From contig CAYOHF010000001.1 in assembly GCA_964403695.1 (NCBI GenBank), forward strand, positions 38,181-102,180: a stretch of 64,000 nt of DNA, given 5' to 3'. Made by a program: the position numbers and the translations under genes. The notes under the pieces were generated by a model. It did not search any database, had not been told where the DNA came from, and saw only the letters and a program-made list of their open reading frames with translations. The DNA comes from an uncultured Woeseiaceae bacterium. GTDB taxonomy: Bacteria > Pseudomonadota > Gammaproteobacteria > Steroidobacterales > Woeseiaceae. This document shows positions 38,557-47,400 of the stretch, piece after piece. The first letter of the stretch is position 1. Each line of letters starts with the position of its first letter.

Positions 38557-38643
38557 GGCAATATTTATTGTCTGACTCCTTGTATATGGTTTTCGATAAA
38601 TCGTAAATATCAACACTGGCTCGAAATGCGTGAGTGCAAAACG

Positions 38644-39744
38644 TCATGCCGCAGCCAGGAACTCTTTCCATACCCGGGCTATTACTTCACTTATTGCCGG
38701 GATGTCAGTGATGTCATCAACGCTCATGCCGGCATAAGCCGCCATCGCTTCGATGTCGCCGGTGTAGCTGGAACCGGGGGAGTTGATGCTGTAACGCTCT
38801 ACCCCGGTATCCGTTCCGTATACAGCGACCGTGTCTGATTCGCCCGGTCGCTTGCCAATGGCGGGACAGCCGGCGGACTCCCACATATCGAACGTGCTGT
38901 TTCTCAGGATTCGGTGTGTCGCACCATTCCAACCCTTATTCATACAAGTGGTGAAAACCGTATCTGCAGATCGCGCGTTTACCAATGCGCTTTTGTAGTC
39001 AGCGTGTGCCGCACATTCCTTTGTGGCGACGAAACGAGATCCCATGACGACACCAGCTGCTCCCAATTGCATGTACGTTCGCATCTTGTCGCCCGTTGCG
39101 ATCCCACCAGATGCAACGACTGGCACATCATTGGCGACACTCAAAACATTTTCCAATGCTCGTGCCAGCGGCCTTGACGCGTGCACATGACCGCCCGCCT
39201 CGGTGCCCTGGCAAACCAGGTAGTCGGCCCCCAGGGACAGTGCCAGCCTGGCGCTGGCCTTGCTGGTTACCTGTATACCCATGACCGCGTTTGCCGATCG
39301 AATCGCCTCGATCATTTGCCGGTCCGGCATGCCCCAGGAAAACTGGATAATTCGCGCTCCACTCTCGAGAGCAACGGCCAATGCTGCGGGATAGAAATTG
39401 AGCACGAAGTTGGCGAAAAATGACTTTTCTGTTTTCGCCTTGATTGCTGCAATTTGCCGGGCAGCAACGTCTGGCGAAGACCAACTAAGTGGTATCGCGC
39501 CCAGTGCACCACTATTCGCAACGGCAGCGGTCATCGCACTGCTTACTACACCACCGGTTGGCGCCTGGATGATCGGATACCTGATCTTTAACAACGACAG
39601 CAAACTTGCTGTCGTTGCTGACGGGTAACTGATTTGGGCTTTGGTCTCATCAACATCGAGATTGCTGGCTGCGATTGATGGCGAGGCCAGGCTGACGAGT
39701 GCTGCTTTGGTGACGAAGTCACGCCTTGAATACGTTGTTATCAC
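38644..39744 (-). CDS. nitronate monooxygenase (NMO / 2-nitropropane dioxygenase-like FMN enzyme) with a Tat-type signal peptide
   Basis: NMO motifs IRYPIIQAPTGGV, ...VCQGTEAGGH and VVASGGIATG. The N-terminus is MITTYSRRDFVTKAALVSLASPSIAA (twin-arginine motif SRRDFV + h-region + AxA). Confidence 0.8.
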   Translation of the reverse strand: MITTYSRRDFVTKAALVSLASPSIAASNLDVDETKAQISYPSATTASLLSLLKIRYPIIQAPTGGVVSSAMTAAVANSGALGAIPLSWSSPDVAARQIAAIKAKTEKSFFANFVLNFYPAALAVALESGARIIQFSWGMPDRQMIEAIRSANAVMGIQVTSKASARLALSLGADYLVCQGTEAGGHVHASRPLARALENVLSVANDVPVVASGGIATGDKMRTYMQLGAAGVVMGSRFVATKECAAHADYKSALVNARSADTVFTTCMNKGWNGATHRILRNSTFDMWESAGCPAIGKRPGESDTVAVYGTDTGVERYSINSPGSSYTGDIEAMAAYAGMSVDDITDIPAISEVIARVWKEFLAAA

Positions 39745-39780
39745 AGGGCTGTCCTCTGGAATTGTGCCGTTGACGAGTTG

Positions 39781-40386
39781 CTAGTCCGATCTACTTTTTC
39801 GCGAGGCCTCAAGTCTTGACGCTTCTGTGCTGCTCCAGACAGCTGCCGCGAACTGTTCGTCCAGACGAAGCTGCAATGCCGAATCAACGTAGTTGCTGAA
39901 TGTTTTAAGAGTGATACCCATCACCACTTCCATTATCTGTTCGCGCGAAAATCCGGCCTGGATGATTACGGCAACTTGCTCTGGTGTCGCGTGACCCCGG
40001 GCTTGAATCATTTGTCGGACAAACGTCTCTAAAGCGGCCAGCCGCGCATCTGCAACAGTGCCTGCGGATCGAATTGCGTTTATCGCTTGCTCTTGCATAC
40101 CAATCGAGCGGCCGAACAAGGTGTGCCCGGCGACGCAATAACGGCCGCTATTTTCGACACTGGCTGCCAGCAAAATCGTTTGCCGTTCGATCGGTGTCAG
40201 GCTGGTGTTCGTGAATGCAGCGTCGAGGCCGACGAATGCTTCAACAACGCCCGGTTGCTCTGCGAGCGTGGCGAACAATGCAGGTACGAAGCCTATTCTT
40301 TCGGCGATGCTATCGAGCACCGGCTGTGAGGAGGGTTGGGGAATTGCGCTGATATTCGTGGCTGAAGTTGGCATTACTGTCTCCAA
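39781..40386 (-). CDS. carboxymuconolactone decarboxylase (AhpD-like) family protein
   Basis: PALFATLAEQPGVVEAF......F....SLTPIERQTILLAASVENSGRYCVAGH is the AhpD-core/CMD pattern. It is divergent from a LysR gene. Confidence 0.75.
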   Translation of the reverse strand: METVMPTSATNISAIPQPSSQPVLDSIAERIGFVPALFATLAEQPGVVEAFVGLDAAFTNTSLTPIERQTILLAASVENSGRYCVAGHTLFGRSIGMQEQAINAIRSAGTVADARLAALETFVRQMIQARGHATPEQVAVIIQAGFSREQIMEVVMGITLKTFSNYVDSALQLRLDEQFAAAVWSSTEASRLEASRKSRSD

Positions 40387-40463
40387 ATGTCGGGTTGAGG
40401 ATTGCCAGACTATGGAGTTCAGTGATATAAATCTAATCGTATAATTCTATTTCTATTATAAAT

Positions 40464-41369
40464 ATGGCCGATATCAGAAACCTGGACCTGAACCTGCTGC
40501 GTGCCCTTAGCGTGTTGCTGGAAGAGCGCAATGTCTCGCGCACAGCTGAACGGTTGCATGTCACCCAGCCTACAGTCAGTGGCATGCTGTCCCGATTGCG
40601 GAATATATTTGGCGATCCACTGTTCGTGCGTACTCAGCGCGGCCTGTTACCAACGCCTCGTGCCGAGGCATTGGCGCCAGCATTACGACAATTGATCACC
40701 GATGCGATAGCGCTGGTTGACCCGGACGAGTTTGTTCCGCAGACCAGCACTGCAACACTATCGGTGTCAGTCAATGACTATATGCAGTCTGTGATGATTG
40801 TGCCGCTGGTCGCAGAGCTTCGACATTCGGCACCAAACATAAAGCTGGCGGTGCGCAACCTTGAGGTCGCAGCGCTCACATCAAAGCTGGCAAGTGGCGA
40901 CATCGACGTGGCTATTACGATTCCCGAGTTTGTCGATCCGTCTCTGCGTACTCAATTTCTGTACCGCGAAGAGTATGTCGCCGTTGTGCGAGAAGAGCAC
41001 CCGATCCGCGCGCGGCGCGTGTCACTGAAACGGTTCCTCGACTATGACCATGTCCTGGTCTCGCCCTCCGATGGATCCTTCGAAGGCCCAACCGATAACG
41101 TGCTCAGAGAACTTGGTAGCAGCCGGCGAGTTGCTCTTTCCGTGCCGAGTTTTTTTATCCTTACCGAGGTGTTGCAGGAAGATGATCTGATTGCGTTCAT
41201 GCCGCGACGCTTGTTCGCAAGGCGGTCGAAAAACCTGAGGATGATCGGAGCGCCTTTCGATGTACCTGGGTTCGATGTCATTGCTGCATGGCATCCACGT
41301 ACTGATTCTGAGTCAGCGCATGTCTGGATGCGCGGACAACTCGCAAAATTGGGCGAGTCGGTCACATAA
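40464..41369 (+). CDS. LysR-family transcriptional regulator
   Basis: The N-terminal HTH LDLNLLRALSVLLEERNVSRTAERLHVTQPTVSGMLSRLR is followed by a LysR substrate-binding domain. 301 aa. Confidence 0.9.
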   Translation: MADIRNLDLNLLRALSVLLEERNVSRTAERLHVTQPTVSGMLSRLRNIFGDPLFVRTQRGLLPTPRAEALAPALRQLITDAIALVDPDEFVPQTSTATLSVSVNDYMQSVMIVPLVAELRHSAPNIKLAVRNLEVAALTSKLASGDIDVAITIPEFVDPSLRTQFLYREEYVAVVREEHPIRARRVSLKRFLDYDHVLVSPSDGSFEGPTDNVLRELGSSRRVALSVPSFFILTEVLQEDDLIAFMPRRLFARRSKNLRMIGAPFDVPGFDVIAAWHPRTDSESAHVWMRGQLAKLGESVT

Positions 41370-42300
41370 CAAACTGAATAACCACGTACAGGATCGCCAG
41401 CGTAACCGCAAAAGCAACAGCGGCCAGGATGATGTTCCTGGTGTTGCCCGGTGGTTTAACTGCTTTGCTGACTCTCGTGGCGCTACCCAATTGATCCGGC
41501 GTCCTGAAGACACACTCAACAGGACCAAAACGAATTCGATCACCATTGTCGAGGTAGCTCATGTTGCTGCGTTTGCCATTGACGAAAGTGCCGTTCGCTG
41601 ACATTTGATCCGTTAATTTCCAGCGCGCTCCATCCTGGGTTAGCTTGGCGTGGACGCCTGAAACGCCTTGTTCTTCGAGCACGATATCGCGATCTGCGTC
41701 GCAGCCGATCGTCCACTCACCTTGCGTGCCTGCCGATTTCAGATTAATCCGGGCACCTGACATGGCGCCGGTTGAGACGATCAGGACAGGAACATTTACG
41801 TCGTCGGCCATTTCACTGACGCCCTGTTCTCCATCCTGCATCATCTGTTTCAGAGCTGCCGAATCGATAAACTCGGTTTTTGGCCCACCAGCCGATTTCT
41901 GATTCGGATCAATCCATGCCGGCCTTTCCCGGATGCCACTGCCATCGACGTCGATGTCCTCAAGTTTTCGCATCACCGTTTGCTGCGAATCGTTGCTGAC
42001 GGTTTGGTCGTAAGGAATCTTGTATTCGAATTCTTCAAGGTCAAAGCGAATCTTGTCGCCTGAGCGGAGCACGACCGAACTCTCGATCCGCTGGTCATTG
42101 ACGAACGTGCCGTTCGACGAACCCAGGTCTTCGAGTTTAAGCTCATTGCCGCTGATACTGAACTTGGCATGTTGCCGCGACGGATGTCCTTCAGTCAGCA
42201 CCAGGCCCGATTCCGCCAGGCGCCCGGCGATAAGGCCGTCGGTCAACACGGTTTCTTCGCCATTACTTGCTTTTTTAAGAATTAATTGTACGTCCGACAT
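41362..42300 (-). CDS. tail-anchored protein with two FHA domains
   Basis: FHA1 is canonical (GR...., SRQHAKF, SSNGTFVND, GDKIRF). FHA2 is near-canonical (IGCDADRDIVL, VSGVHAKL, SANGTFVNG, GDRIRFG). A C-terminal TM helix IILAAVAFAVTLAILYVVIQFV is present. Confidence 0.85.
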   Translation of the reverse strand: MSDVQLILKKASNGEETVLTDGLIAGRLAESGLVLTEGHPSRQHAKFSISGNELKLEDLGSSNGTFVNDQRIESSVVLRSGDKIRFDLEEFEYKIPYDQTVSNDSQQTVMRKLEDIDVDGSGIRERPAWIDPNQKSAGGPKTEFIDSAALKQMMQDGEQGVSEMADDVNVPVLIVSTGAMSGARINLKSAGTQGEWTIGCDADRDIVLEEQGVSGVHAKLTQDGARWKLTDQMSANGTFVNGKRSNMSYLDNGDRIRFGPVECVFRTPDQLGSATRVSKAVKPPGNTRNIILAAVAFAVTLAILYVVIQFVM

Positions 42301-42320
42301 ACTCGTTCCATATAGCCAGG

Positions 42321-43121
42321 CTATTTAACTGCCCACAGTATCAGGGCGAAAATAATTGCCAGTAGCGGCCCCACCACGAATGGCCACCAACGTGCGTTCA
42401 TGACCCGCCACAAATGGCCGAGTCCTTTTGCATCTTTGAATTCAATAATTATGACACTAGTGTTGTCGCGACCGCCATTAGTGATGGCCGCATCGACGAG
42501 TTCATCGACGGCCGACTGCACATGTTCACAGGATGCCAGTATTTCCGCGATTTCTGAATCTTCAAGTTCACCGTTCAGGCCATCGCTGCAGAGCAATATC
42601 CAGTCACCATAACGCAGTGGAACCTCTGTAATTGACGGCATCGGCTCACCGAGCCCCAGTGTTTGCGTGACCAGGTTGCCGCGCGGGTCCGCACGAATCT
42701 GTTCCTCGGTCAGGATATTTTGCGCGCGCAATAATTCATGGAAGGAATGATCGCGGGAAATTTGTGACAGGTCCTTTTTGCGCCACAAGTAGGCACGACT
42801 ATCGCCGACCCAGGATATCTCCGCCAGGTTATCCGCCAGTTTTGCGACAACAATGGTTGTGCCCATGCCTGACAGCGACTGGTCCTTGTCGGCGGCAGCG
42901 ATAATTGCCTCATGGGCGCCAACAATTTGTTCTTCCGTGGATTTATCCGGTGCAGGTTCGAGCAGGCTTTTGCTGGCGGTCTCGCTGGCGGTCTTGCCAT
43001 TGACGTGACCGCCCATTCCATCAGCGACAAACCAGAGTTTGCGCTCCTCATCCCAGCCGATCGAGTCCTCATTCTCGCCACCGCGGCTGCCGACGTCAGT
43101 TTTGGCTGCAAAATTAAGCAT
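42321..43121 (-). CDS. PP2C-family Ser/Thr protein phosphatase with a C-terminal TM anchor
   Basis: TDVGSRGGENEDS, FVADGMGGHVNG, GMGTT, LLCSDGL and GGRDNTSVI are PP2C motifs. The C-terminal helix is WWPFVVGPLLAIIFALILWAV. Confidence 0.88.
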   Translation of the reverse strand: MLNFAAKTDVGSRGGENEDSIGWDEERKLWFVADGMGGHVNGKTASETASKSLLEPAPDKSTEEQIVGAHEAIIAAADKDQSLSGMGTTIVVAKLADNLAEISWVGDSRAYLWRKKDLSQISRDHSFHELLRAQNILTEEQIRADPRGNLVTQTLGLGEPMPSITEVPLRYGDWILLCSDGLNGELEDSEIAEILASCEHVQSAVDELVDAAITNGGRDNTSVIIIEFKDAKGLGHLWRVMNARWWPFVVGPLLAIIFALILWAVK

Positions 43122-43124
43122 CGC

Positions 43125-44441
43125 TCAGAACTGTCCCTGCACGTCTTGTGCGGTTCGGCTGAAAGACGAAGGATTGAATGTCGAATCGTTTTCGACCTCT
43201 TTATATATTCGGTCGAGTGCAGCAGTTTTTTGTTGCCTGTCGCCCAGCGTGTAACTCAGGCTTTCAAGCCCAAGGTACAACTGTTCCGCTGCATTGAAGT
43301 CGTTCATATTTCCACCTGCTGCAGATTGTATGAGTGCACGTCGAACCGCAACAATAGTGTTCTTGTCGAACGGTCGAGTCGACCACTCACTCTTGCGGGT
43401 TTCAAGCCAGGTAATGAGTGCCCGGCTTGTTTGCCGGACACTCGCAATATTTTCCTGGCCTGAACGAACAAACGCAGCAGTGGCAGCGGTCATCTCTGTC
43501 TGTGCAGAGGTCGATTCAATAGTGCCGACGACGGTTTGCAGAATGATCAGGTGCTGATCCTGCAGCCGCGGTGAACCTGGCAATACACCAGGACCAGCTC
43601 GAGCCGGCGTCCAGCGTTTGTCATCCATTTCATGGTGACATCCGTGGCAGTCATATAGTGCGAGTTCCGGGTACAAGCCTTCATTGGGAACAAGCCTTTG
43701 CCCGACAAGATCGAGATAACGGCGAGCGGCTTCAACCTGGCCGGTGAGCCACAAATTGAACCCCGGTATCTCTCCTTTGCGTTGACGATAGTCTTCGTCA
43801 ACGTCGTAGTGAGCCGGCTGGTTGGTTGTGAACGCCTCCAGTTCAAAACTGAGTCGCGGGTGACCGGCACCCATGATGTCGTGACTGGCAAACTTTTCGG
43901 CCGTTCCCATGTGGCATGACAAACACAGCTCTGCCCGGTCGCCCGGTTTTTCGGTCGGATACATTCCTCGCGCAAGGTTGTCGGCGTGCGTTGCTCCTTC
44001 CGCTGCGTGACTCTTGATCCATTCTTCGGCACCACCGTGACAGGCCTCGCAGCCAACGCCATCACTAAGCTGAAACTTGGGGCCACGTTTTTCCCTTGCG
44101 ACGTTGTCCGTATGGCAATCGAGACAAACTTTTGCGGTAGTGGCGCTGCCGAGGCCAAGATAGTCCGCAATCCGTTTCGATTCGTCACTTGTCAGGGTGC
44201 GATACGCCTGCGAGTGTTTGTCGGCACTGGTCCAGATGCGATATTCGTTCAACCAGACATTGATGTCTTTTTGCCGATCCAGTTTTCCGTGACAAACACT
44301 ACTTGCACAACTAGCGGGGCCTAAGTGTATGTTTTGGTTAATTAATGTTTCATCTGCGAATACATTTTCAGCACTTACAGACAGTGCTGCAATCAAGCAC
44401 AGCAGTCGGCAAGTGGCCGTTTTGTAAGTCGCAGCATTCAT
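43125..44441 (-). CDS. periplasmic multihaem c-type cytochrome (cytochrome c554-like family)
   Basis: Signal peptide. Four CXXCH motifs (CLDCH, CEACH, CLSCH, CHGCH) plus one CX4CH (CASSVCH). The segment W.....DKHSQAY is typical of c554-like proteins. Confidence 0.8.
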   Translation of the reverse strand: MNAATYKTATCRLLCLIAALSVSAENVFADETLINQNIHLGPASCASSVCHGKLDRQKDINVWLNEYRIWTSADKHSQAYRTLTSDESKRIADYLGLGSATTAKVCLDCHTDNVAREKRGPKFQLSDGVGCEACHGGAEEWIKSHAAEGATHADNLARGMYPTEKPGDRAELCLSCHMGTAEKFASHDIMGAGHPRLSFELEAFTTNQPAHYDVDEDYRQRKGEIPGFNLWLTGQVEAARRYLDLVGQRLVPNEGLYPELALYDCHGCHHEMDDKRWTPARAGPGVLPGSPRLQDQHLIILQTVVGTIESTSAQTEMTAATAAFVRSGQENIASVRQTSRALITWLETRKSEWSTRPFDKNTIVAVRRALIQSAAGGNMNDFNAAEQLYLGLESLSYTLGDRQQKTAALDRIYKEVENDSTFNPSSFSRTAQDVQGQF

Positions 44442-44446
44442 TTCAT

Positions 44447-47400
44447 TTACTCACCAGCATCGGTCGTCGCGACATCTTCTGGCGCAGTTTCTTTTGCCGC
44501 GTCGTCAACAAACCATGGTTTCCCTGACTCGTCGAGATACAGGCGGCGCATTTCTTCGAGATTCAATGGTCGCGAACCACGTCTGCCGAACACGGCAACC
44601 TGGCCACCAGTTTCGTCAACGCCGCGATCACGTTCAAGGCCGCGCGACAAACTCAATGCCGTCTTCGACGTCTCGTAACTCGCAATGAGGTCAGGCACAG
44701 GCTCCGGACTAAAGCCATAGAACTTCGGCTGCAGATCCGGTGACGTAAGCTGCACTATCTTAATGCCATTTGCGCCATCGGCAACGTAAGCGAATAACGA
44801 TGCGTTGGTTGTTGCAACAACCACATCGCGTGCATCGTTCAATGCACCGTTTGCATCGAACCGGGTGAGCTCAACCAACGCTTCTGGTCGTTCTGCATCC
44901 ACGATAACCAAGCCGTCCGCTCCCGCAGCAATATAGGCATAAGTTCTGGCGACGAATACCTTGTGCGCATTTGAGAGCGCGATCGTGTTGTTTTCGATCA
45001 GCCTCGCGGAGCCAGGATCGGTGACGTCAATGACGCTAAGCCCTGCACCTGAAGTCACAAACAAATAGCGAAACTGCAATACGCTGGCTCTTGCGTCGTC
45101 CAACGCCACCGTCGCGATCAGTTCCGGGTGTAGTGGATCGTCGACACTAATAATTTTTACGCCGCTATCGGTTGTGATGTAAAGGTAGTAACCACCAACC
45201 GTAATGTGCCGTGCACCATTTAGTACGCCATCGGGGTTCCAGCTTAGCGCGCGCTCCAGGTCATTATTGCGTGGCTCACCATCGACCAGTGTGTTGACAT
45301 TGACCAGGATCAGCCCTTCTTCTGCGTCGATGATAAACGCGTAGTCGTAAAGCGGGTGTATTACCTGCTCGAGGTTATCTATCCGCATGAGGTCGCCCTC
45401 ATTGCGCGCCGGATTGATGTTCTGGTTGGTTGGCAGCGCAACACAGGTCGCGTTCTTCGTCTTGATATGGGTGTCCTGTCCTACCGCACTAAATGGTGAT
45501 GAGATGATGCGTTGGGATATGCCTTTATTGGCGATGCCCGCAACGTCATAGACATTGAACCCTTTCTTGCCTTCCGCCACGTACAGATACTCGCCACGTA
45601 ATTGCAGGCACTGCGCCGTGCCTGCGCCGTGCTGATAGGCTTCTTCGAGCTCAGCACCATTATCTAAGTGCTTCTGATAGAAATCCGGATACGCGTAGCG
45701 ATGCAGGTAGCTGCCAATGACCGCCTGCGGCTCTTCCCACTCGGTCACTGTTACCGCGGAAATTTCTCCCTGCCCGCCGACATAAGCATTGAAACCGATG
45801 AAATTGACGAAGTTGGTTCCCTGCGCCAGCAGTTGCGCCATGATGGCATTGTTATCGTTTTCACCCGAGAGATGGCAATCGACACAGGTCTTGGTCTCCG
45901 TCTTGCGTGCCGTATGCGGAAAATGCGGATTAAATGCCTGCGAACTGAAGCCGCTCGCTGAAATCGGTGGCTGCTGCACGTAAATTCTTTCGCGATTTGA
46001 ATTGGTTGAAGACAACACGAGTGCCGAGCTCGAGCGCACTGGCGCTATCTTGCCGCTTTTCGCTTCGCCGCGGCGACCGATGAGGAACATCTGGTCACGT
46101 GCAACCTGTGGATTGTAGGTGGCATAGTTTCTGGATTCGCCACCTTCATAGTGATGGCGGTCTGTCTTCCAGTTCGCCTCAATTGGTAAGTGACAACCAC
46201 CACAACTCGTGGTCCATGACGTATGGCAGGTGTAACACTCGATTTCGTCATTGGAGTGCGCGAGATTATCGGTCGACACATTGGTGCCCCATAGTTGGGT
46301 ACCGGTGTCCTTGCTCATGAGTTTCGCCCGGGCCGCTTTTTCGTTGTAATTCTCATGTCCCGGCGTAACCGAGTCTTTCACCAGGCTGAGTTGCCATTCC
46401 AGTTCCGGGTCGAGCATCGAGCGCTGATACAAAACGTCATTTTGCCATTCGAAGCGGCGTCTGCCGTCGGGCGTACGCAACGCTTCCAGATCAGCACCGC
46501 CGGATAGTGCAGCTGGCCCCGACGTATAAAGGTTTGGATACGACTGCGCGGTACCGTGACAATCTTTGCAATCGACCTCGACCGCGAGCGCTACTTCGCC
46601 GTAGATATGCCCGTTGCCGTGGTTGTCCTGCGAGAAATGACAGTCCACGCAGTGCATGCCGACATCCACATGGATCGACGACATGTGTACTGCCTTGGCG
46701 AATTTTTCCGGGTCCTCATCGCTGACGACTGCACCCTCATCGTCAAGCAGATTTCCTTTCCTGTCGCGCTTGAAAACCGCACGGAAATTCCAGCCATGGC
46801 CATGGTAGTCGGCGAACTGCGTGTCGTTGAGCTCGGAATTCATCTCCGAAACCCGTTTCAGAAATTCGACATCTGCCCAGTTGCCACGCACAGCAGCACC
46901 TTCCGGATTGCGGTCGAGGATTTCACGCTGTTCCGCAATCGTAGGGTACTGTTGTTCCTCCGGCCACATGGCCGGCGCATCCGATTCGTAATCCCACATC
47001 GTGTAGCCGAGGTAGCTGTTCATGAACATGTTCGGCTGATGCATGTGACAAACCATGCACTGGCTGGTCGGTACCGCGCGGGTAAATGTATGTTTCAACG
47101 GATGGCCCGACTCGTCCTTGTTGATGGTCGGATCTACAGTCTGGGTTTTGCCTTCATGACCGAACTGCGCATATACGCCGGAGTGGCGCGGATCGCGGTC
47201 GTTTGCGTAAACGCTGTGACACGATGAGCAACCGGACTGACGATAGTCGCCCGGCTGGTCGTTGGTGCCCATAAACCAGGTGAACGGATCGTTAAGCCGT
47301 GTCTTGGTAATGTTAATCAGAGGCACTGATATGCGTCCCCCCGTTCCCGGTCCACGATTGGATTGGCGAAAGTCCGGCCGGCCCGGTTCTTCGATGCGCT

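Noticed and set aside
46556-47227. 223-aa plus-strand ORF
   Set aside because: It is antisense to the decahaem cytochrome gene. It is rich in Val/Arg/His, reflecting the complement of Cys/His/Asp-rich haem-motif codons.
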